Part shown: in pieces, positions 60,773 through 64,000 of the stretch
How positions within the stretch are numbered: the first letter of the stretch is position 1
Layout: each line of letters opens with the position of its first letter
Position numbers and translations under genes: made by a program
Notes under the pieces: model-generated
What the model was told of the DNA's origin: nothing
What the model saw: the letters and a program-made list of their open reading frames with translations, nothing else
Databases searched by the model: none
Assembly: GCA_964454835.1 (NCBI GenBank)
Contig: CAYVTU010000001.1
Location: forward strand, 102,836 to 166,835
Direction: 5' to 3'
Length of the DNA stretch: 64,000 nucleotides
Source: an uncultured Brachyspira sp.
GTDB lineage: Bacteria > Spirochaetota > JAAYUW01

Positions 60773-62026
60773 TTAACCCGCCAGATGAATTTTTTCATCC
60801 CCAAATTTTTGAATAAGATTATCGAAAAGGTTTAGTAATTTTTCATCAAAATCTTTATCATAATCGTTAAAAAGTGCTTCACATGAAGTTTTATCAAATT
60901 CAAGTATAATTGAAGATATAGCCGACTTCCCTTTTAGTTTTATTACAATGTCTTGAGCTATTGAGTATAAAAAGGAAAGAATATTATGATTATCATAGAA
61001 TAGATTAAATTTATCAAGAAACTGATTGGTATATTCAACTATTACAGAAATTTGAGGAGATTTAGACTTTATCCAATAATTTTTAAAAAAAAATGATTCT
61101 AGATATAACTTTTCCCTTATTTTAGTGTAGATTAAATCTTTATTATTGGTCGGTGGAGAGAATGTTAAAACAATTTCATAAGTAGAATTATGATTTTTAC
61201 CAAATAATTTTTTGATAAGAGAGAAAATAAAAATATCAAGAGCTTCCTTTTTTATGCTTGATTGGAAAATGGCTGTTAATGGCTTTAATCTATTGGCAAG
61301 TTTAATGCGCAAAGAAAGCGGCGAAGACAAAATTGCTAAGTTTAAAAGTTTATCTTGAAAATCAAGAGGAATTTTAGCAAAGTCAGAAAACCAGAAAATG
61401 CCGCTTTCTTCACAAAATTTAAGGGGGGAGAGAATATTGGATAAGTTTATAAAATTAAAAAACTGATTTGAATTAAAAAATGTAAAATAAGTATTTTTAT
61501 TGGGATTAATATTTAATCCTGTTGGTACAAATAGAGAAAAAGAAAATGAATTAGATGTAAAAAAAGATAGATAAAGTTTTCTATCGATTTTCAGCAAAGA
61601 TTTAAATATAGAATCAAGAAATACAAATATTGGCTTATAAACCAACTGGCAGCCGGAAAAATCTGCAATCAATGAAAAAGAATCAAAGGAAAGTGAATTA
61701 GTGGTAAAAAAGGGAATGTCATATACTTCGAAGGCATAATTTTTCAGTTCATTAATAAGTATTTTTTTAAAATTGTCCTTTTCTTTTATAAAATCATTAC
61801 AAGGAAGCAAGAAGAAATTATCTGTTATTTTTTTTACAAAGTTTATCGATAAACCAGGTTTTATTCCATAATAAGATAAAGACTTTGAACAAGAATATAC
61901 AAACTTGTTATCCTGGTTTTCATAAAAAAGCAATATGTCATTTCTTTTATGTTTTTTCTCAGCTAAAGATAGAGAAAAAGAAGGATTGTAAATGTTTGTA
62001 AAAATAGGAAAACTTTTATATCTCAT
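60773..62026 (-). CDS. ImuB-like Y-family polymerase homologue, catalytically inactive
   Basis: N-terminal pattern ILLFYEN...VYSCSKSLSYYGIKPGLS parallels UmuC/ImuB (A.AR..GV.PGM) but lacks the DxD/E catalytic acids. Start placed at the ATG at 62026; the track's TTG at 62092 would encode the promoter region as protein. Confidence 0.55.
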   Translation of the reverse strand: MRYKSFPIFTNIYNPSFSLSLAEKKHKRNDILLFYENQDNKFVYSCSKSLSYYGIKPGLSINFVKKITDNFFLLPCNDFIKEKDNFKKILINELKNYAFEVYDIPFFTTNSLSFDSFSLIADFSGCQLVYKPIFVFLDSIFKSLLKIDRKLYLSFFTSNSFSFSLFVPTGLNINPNKNTYFTFFNSNQFFNFINLSNILSPLKFCEESGIFWFSDFAKIPLDFQDKLLNLAILSSPLSLRIKLANRLKPLTAIFQSSIKKEALDIFIFSLIKKLFGKNHNSTYEIVLTFSPPTNNKDLIYTKIREKLYLESFFFKNYWIKSKSPQISVIVEYTNQFLDKFNLFYDNHNILSFLYSIAQDIVIKLKGKSAISSIILEFDKTSCEALFNDYDKDFDEKLLNLFDNLIQKFGDEKIHLAG

Positions 62027-62039
62027 ATTCTCTAAAATT

Positions 62040-62068
62040 AGTATAACCCAAAATATTTTGGGTGTCAA
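62040..62068 (-). promoter_or_regulatory. Sigma70 promoter of the imuB–dnaE2–lexA operon with embedded 16-bp perfect palindrome (candidate LexA operator)
   Basis: Minus strand reads TTGACA-cccaaaatattttgggt-TATACT: consensus -35, 17-bp spacer, near-consensus -10. Spacer contains CCCAAAATATTTTGGG (62047..62062). ATG lies 13 nt downstream of the -10. Confidence 0.6.
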
Positions 62069-62121
62069 TAGAAAAATGATAAAAAGTTGCAAAAAATTTC
62101 CCCTGGTATATATGGACAGTA

Positions 62122-62415
62122 ATGATAGTACTATTTGGTTATATAGAACTTCATATTGAAGAAGCTAAATCTCTTAAAGACAGAAGAAGCGTTGTTCATT
62201 CAATAATTTCATCTTTAAGAAATAGATTCAATGTATCTGTTTCAGAATTAATTGTAGAAGATTTTCATTTTGCTAAAATTGGTATTTCTGCTATAACAAC
62301 TAAAAGAGCATTATCCAATACAATGAAGGAAAATATTATTAATTTCATAGAAACTTATTATCCTGGCAGAGTATGTGATTATCTTTTTCAGGTAGAAGAT
62401 GTTGGTGTTGTTTAA
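62122..62415 (+). CDS. DUF503 (YlxP-like) protein
   Basis: IELHIEEAKSLKDRRSVVHSIISSLRNRFNVSVSEL closely parallels B. subtilis YlxP (IELHLPG.HSLKEKRSVVKSLIERLRSRFNVSVAE). Confidence 0.75.
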   Translation: MIVLFGYIELHIEEAKSLKDRRSVVHSIISSLRNRFNVSVSELIVEDFHFAKIGISAITTKRALSNTMKENIINFIETYYPGRVCDYLFQVEDVGVV

Positions 62416-62425
62416 ATAAATAAAG

Positions 62426-63526
62426 TTGAAATTGAAAGATATGCAAATTCCATATAAAATCGGTAAATATTTGGCAAAAAAATTTATTTTCCCTTTCCTC
62501 GTGATTTCAATTCTTGTCATATTTTTATATATAATGCAAGAGTTTATATTCAACATTAATAAATATTTGAAGATGGATTTAAAATCACTTGTTAACTATT
62601 TTATATTTTGGTCTCCATATATATATTTTCAAATGTTTGGTGTTGCAATGTTGTTTAGTACAATATATGTCATTTCATCATTGAATAATACTTCTGAATT
62701 ACTCGCAATTCATACCAATGGAGTTTCAACTTTTTCAATGTCATTAATATTAATAATTCTAATTTTTTTCATAAGTATATTCATCATTTTTACTCAAGAT
62801 TATTTTGTAATTGATAATTATAAAAAGAAGGTTGAGATTGAAAAAAAATATTTTCCAAAGGAAGTTATAAAAGATAATTATAATATATCACTTGTGGGTA
62901 CAAAAGGTTATATTTATTATGTTAATCAATATATAGATAGAGAAAAAGAATTAGTTGAAGTAAGAATAATTCAATATTCTAAGAGTATTGGAATAAAAAC
63001 TGAGATTATAGCAAAGCATGCAAAATATGTTTCAAAAGGGAAATGGTTGCTTTATGATGTATATGAATATAAGTATGATTTAAAAAATCAAGAAATACTT
63101 AAATCATATTATGATGAAAAAACATACGTTTTATATGATGAACCAGAATTATTTGAAAGAGCCATTTATGATATGGAACTATTGCATATTAAAGAAGGAT
63201 GGCAAATAATTAGGTTGATGAGAAAATACAAGATCTATAACTATATTGAAGAATTTAATTTTTGGGCAAAATTTGTTTTTCCAATTTCCGGATTATTGAT
63301 TTCTCTTTTTGGAATTGCGGCGGGTTCTTTTTTTAGAAAAAATACCCTGATTATGGGTTTAATTACATGCATTGTGGTATATGGTTCTTATTATTTTATT
63401 ATCAGTACCTTATATATTTTAGGCAAAAGAGGTGTAGGTAATGCTTTTCTTTCTTCTTTATTGGGACCTATAATATTTTTAGTACTTGGAATATTTTCCT
63501 TAATTAAGGTAGATAAAATATATTAA
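62426..63526 (+). CDS. LptF/LptG-family (YjgP/YjgQ) permease
   Basis: N-terminus IGKYLAKKFIFPFLVISILV and SELLAIHTNGVS match LptF/G motifs (ILDRYIGKEF...; SELTAMRAAGIS). TM – periplasmic beta-jellyroll – 3 TM topology. Confidence 0.7.
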   Translation: MKLKDMQIPYKIGKYLAKKFIFPFLVISILVIFLYIMQEFIFNINKYLKMDLKSLVNYFIFWSPYIYFQMFGVAMLFSTIYVISSLNNTSELLAIHTNGVSTFSMSLILIILIFFISIFIIFTQDYFVIDNYKKKVEIEKKYFPKEVIKDNYNISLVGTKGYIYYVNQYIDREKELVEVRIIQYSKSIGIKTEIIAKHAKYVSKGKWLLYDVYEYKYDLKNQEILKSYYDEKTYVLYDEPELFERAIYDMELLHIKEGWQIIRLMRKYKIYNYIEEFNFWAKFVFPISGLLISLFGIAAGSFFRKNTLIMGLITCIVVYGSYYFIISTLYILGKRGVGNAFLSSLLGPIIFLVLGIFSLIKVDKIY

Positions 63527-63551
63527 ATTAATGATAAAGAGATGAATTGGC

Positions 63552-64000
63552 ATGAATTTAAAGATAAAAAATTCCGAAATTAAATTTACAGTATTTAATA
63601 AAGACGAAATTCCACAGATTGATTTACCCTCTATATGTATAATTGGAAGGTCAAACGCAGGTAAATCTTCTTTTATAAATACCATTGTTGAAAAAAAAAG
63701 ATTTGCATATACATCTTCTACTCCAGGAAAAACAAGAAGCTTAAATTTTTATTTAATAAATAAATCATTTTATCTGGTTGATTTCCCAGGATATGGATAT
63801 GGTGCAATTAGTGATTTGACAAAAAAAGGTTGGAATGAAATGATTGATTCATTTTTCAGACTGAATAATAACAAAAAATATATATTTTTTTTAATCGATT
63901 GTAGGAGAAAAATAGATTTACTTGATGAAAAGTTAATTGAGTATTTAAAACTAATTAATTTGCCTATTCTTTATATTTTGACAAAGATAGATAAAATTCC
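63552..64000 (+). CDS. engB: Ribosome biogenesis GTPase YihA/EngB (3'-truncated by window end)
   Basis: G1 IIGRSNAGKSSFIN, G3 DFPGYGY, G4 TKID. Not in the ORF track because it runs off the window. Confidence 0.85.
   Translation, partial: MNLKIKNSEIKFTVFNKDEIPQIDLPSICIIGRSNAGKSSFINTIVEKKRFAYTSSTPGKTRSLNFYLINKSFYLVDFPGYGYGAISDLTKKGWNEMIDSFFRLNNNKKYIFFLIDCRRKIDLLDEKLIEYLKLINLPILYILTKIDKI

Noticed and set aside
60773-62092. ORF-track start (TTG at 62092) for the ImuB-like gene
   Set aside because: The first 22 codons would be translated from the TTGACA…TATACT promoter/palindrome itself. The ATG at 62026, 13 nt past the -10, is the plausible start.
1-64000. Searched for CRISPR arrays, IS/transposase or integrase genes, and additional tRNAs
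   Set aside because: No regularly spaced direct repeats, no transposase/integrase-like ORFs, and only one GC-rich tRNA-like island (tRNA-Pro) were seen by eye. A covariance-model scan could still find small RNAs I missed.

Overview
AT-rich (~28% GC) chromosomal segment from a diderm (outer-membrane-bearing) bacterium of uncertain phylum. Evidence for a diderm: LptF/G-family permease, TolC-family protein, several beta-barrel candidates. Gene density is high with few long gaps, and no integrase, transposase or phage genes were seen, so it is not obviously a mobile island. About 60 genes. Housekeeping: dus, tatD, tmk–yaaR–yaaT(PSP1), uvrB, cmk, rluB-like, scpAB, speH–speE, class I fumarase alpha/beta, L-serine dehydratase, polyprenyl synthetase, HU, engB, a DUF503 (YlxP-like) protein, one tRNA-Pro(CGG). 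Envelope and transport: M23 peptidase, bactofilin, a MacAB–TolC-like tripartite efflux operon, a GntR-regulated ABC-2 transporter, and a codon-biased major outer-membrane beta-barrel gene. Signalling: two histidine kinases carrying degenerate receiver domains. Noteworthy loci: (1) an SOS mutagenesis operon imuB-like – dnaE2/imuC-like – lexA, driven by a textbook sigma70 promoter whose 17-bp spacer carries a perfect 16-bp palindrome CCCAAAATATTTTGGG, a candidate new LexA operator. (2) A processive GT2 (PgaC/BcsA-like, QRDRWQRG motif) fused to an N-terminal HEAT-repeat domain, in an operon with a protein whose receiver domain has Glu at the phospho-acceptor position and a small outer-membrane barrel: a likely undescribed exopolysaccharide synthase system. 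(3) A metallo-beta-lactamase-fold hydrolase fused to two CAP-type cyclic-nucleotide-binding domains. (4) A PlsC-family acyltransferase paired with a small unknown protein (possible ornithine/glycine-lipid OlsBA/GlsBA-like pair). (5) A B12-binding radical SAM enzyme with an upstream small ORF and a divergent, previously uncalled 57-aa ribbon-helix-helix gene. No CRISPR array or obvious IS element was seen.
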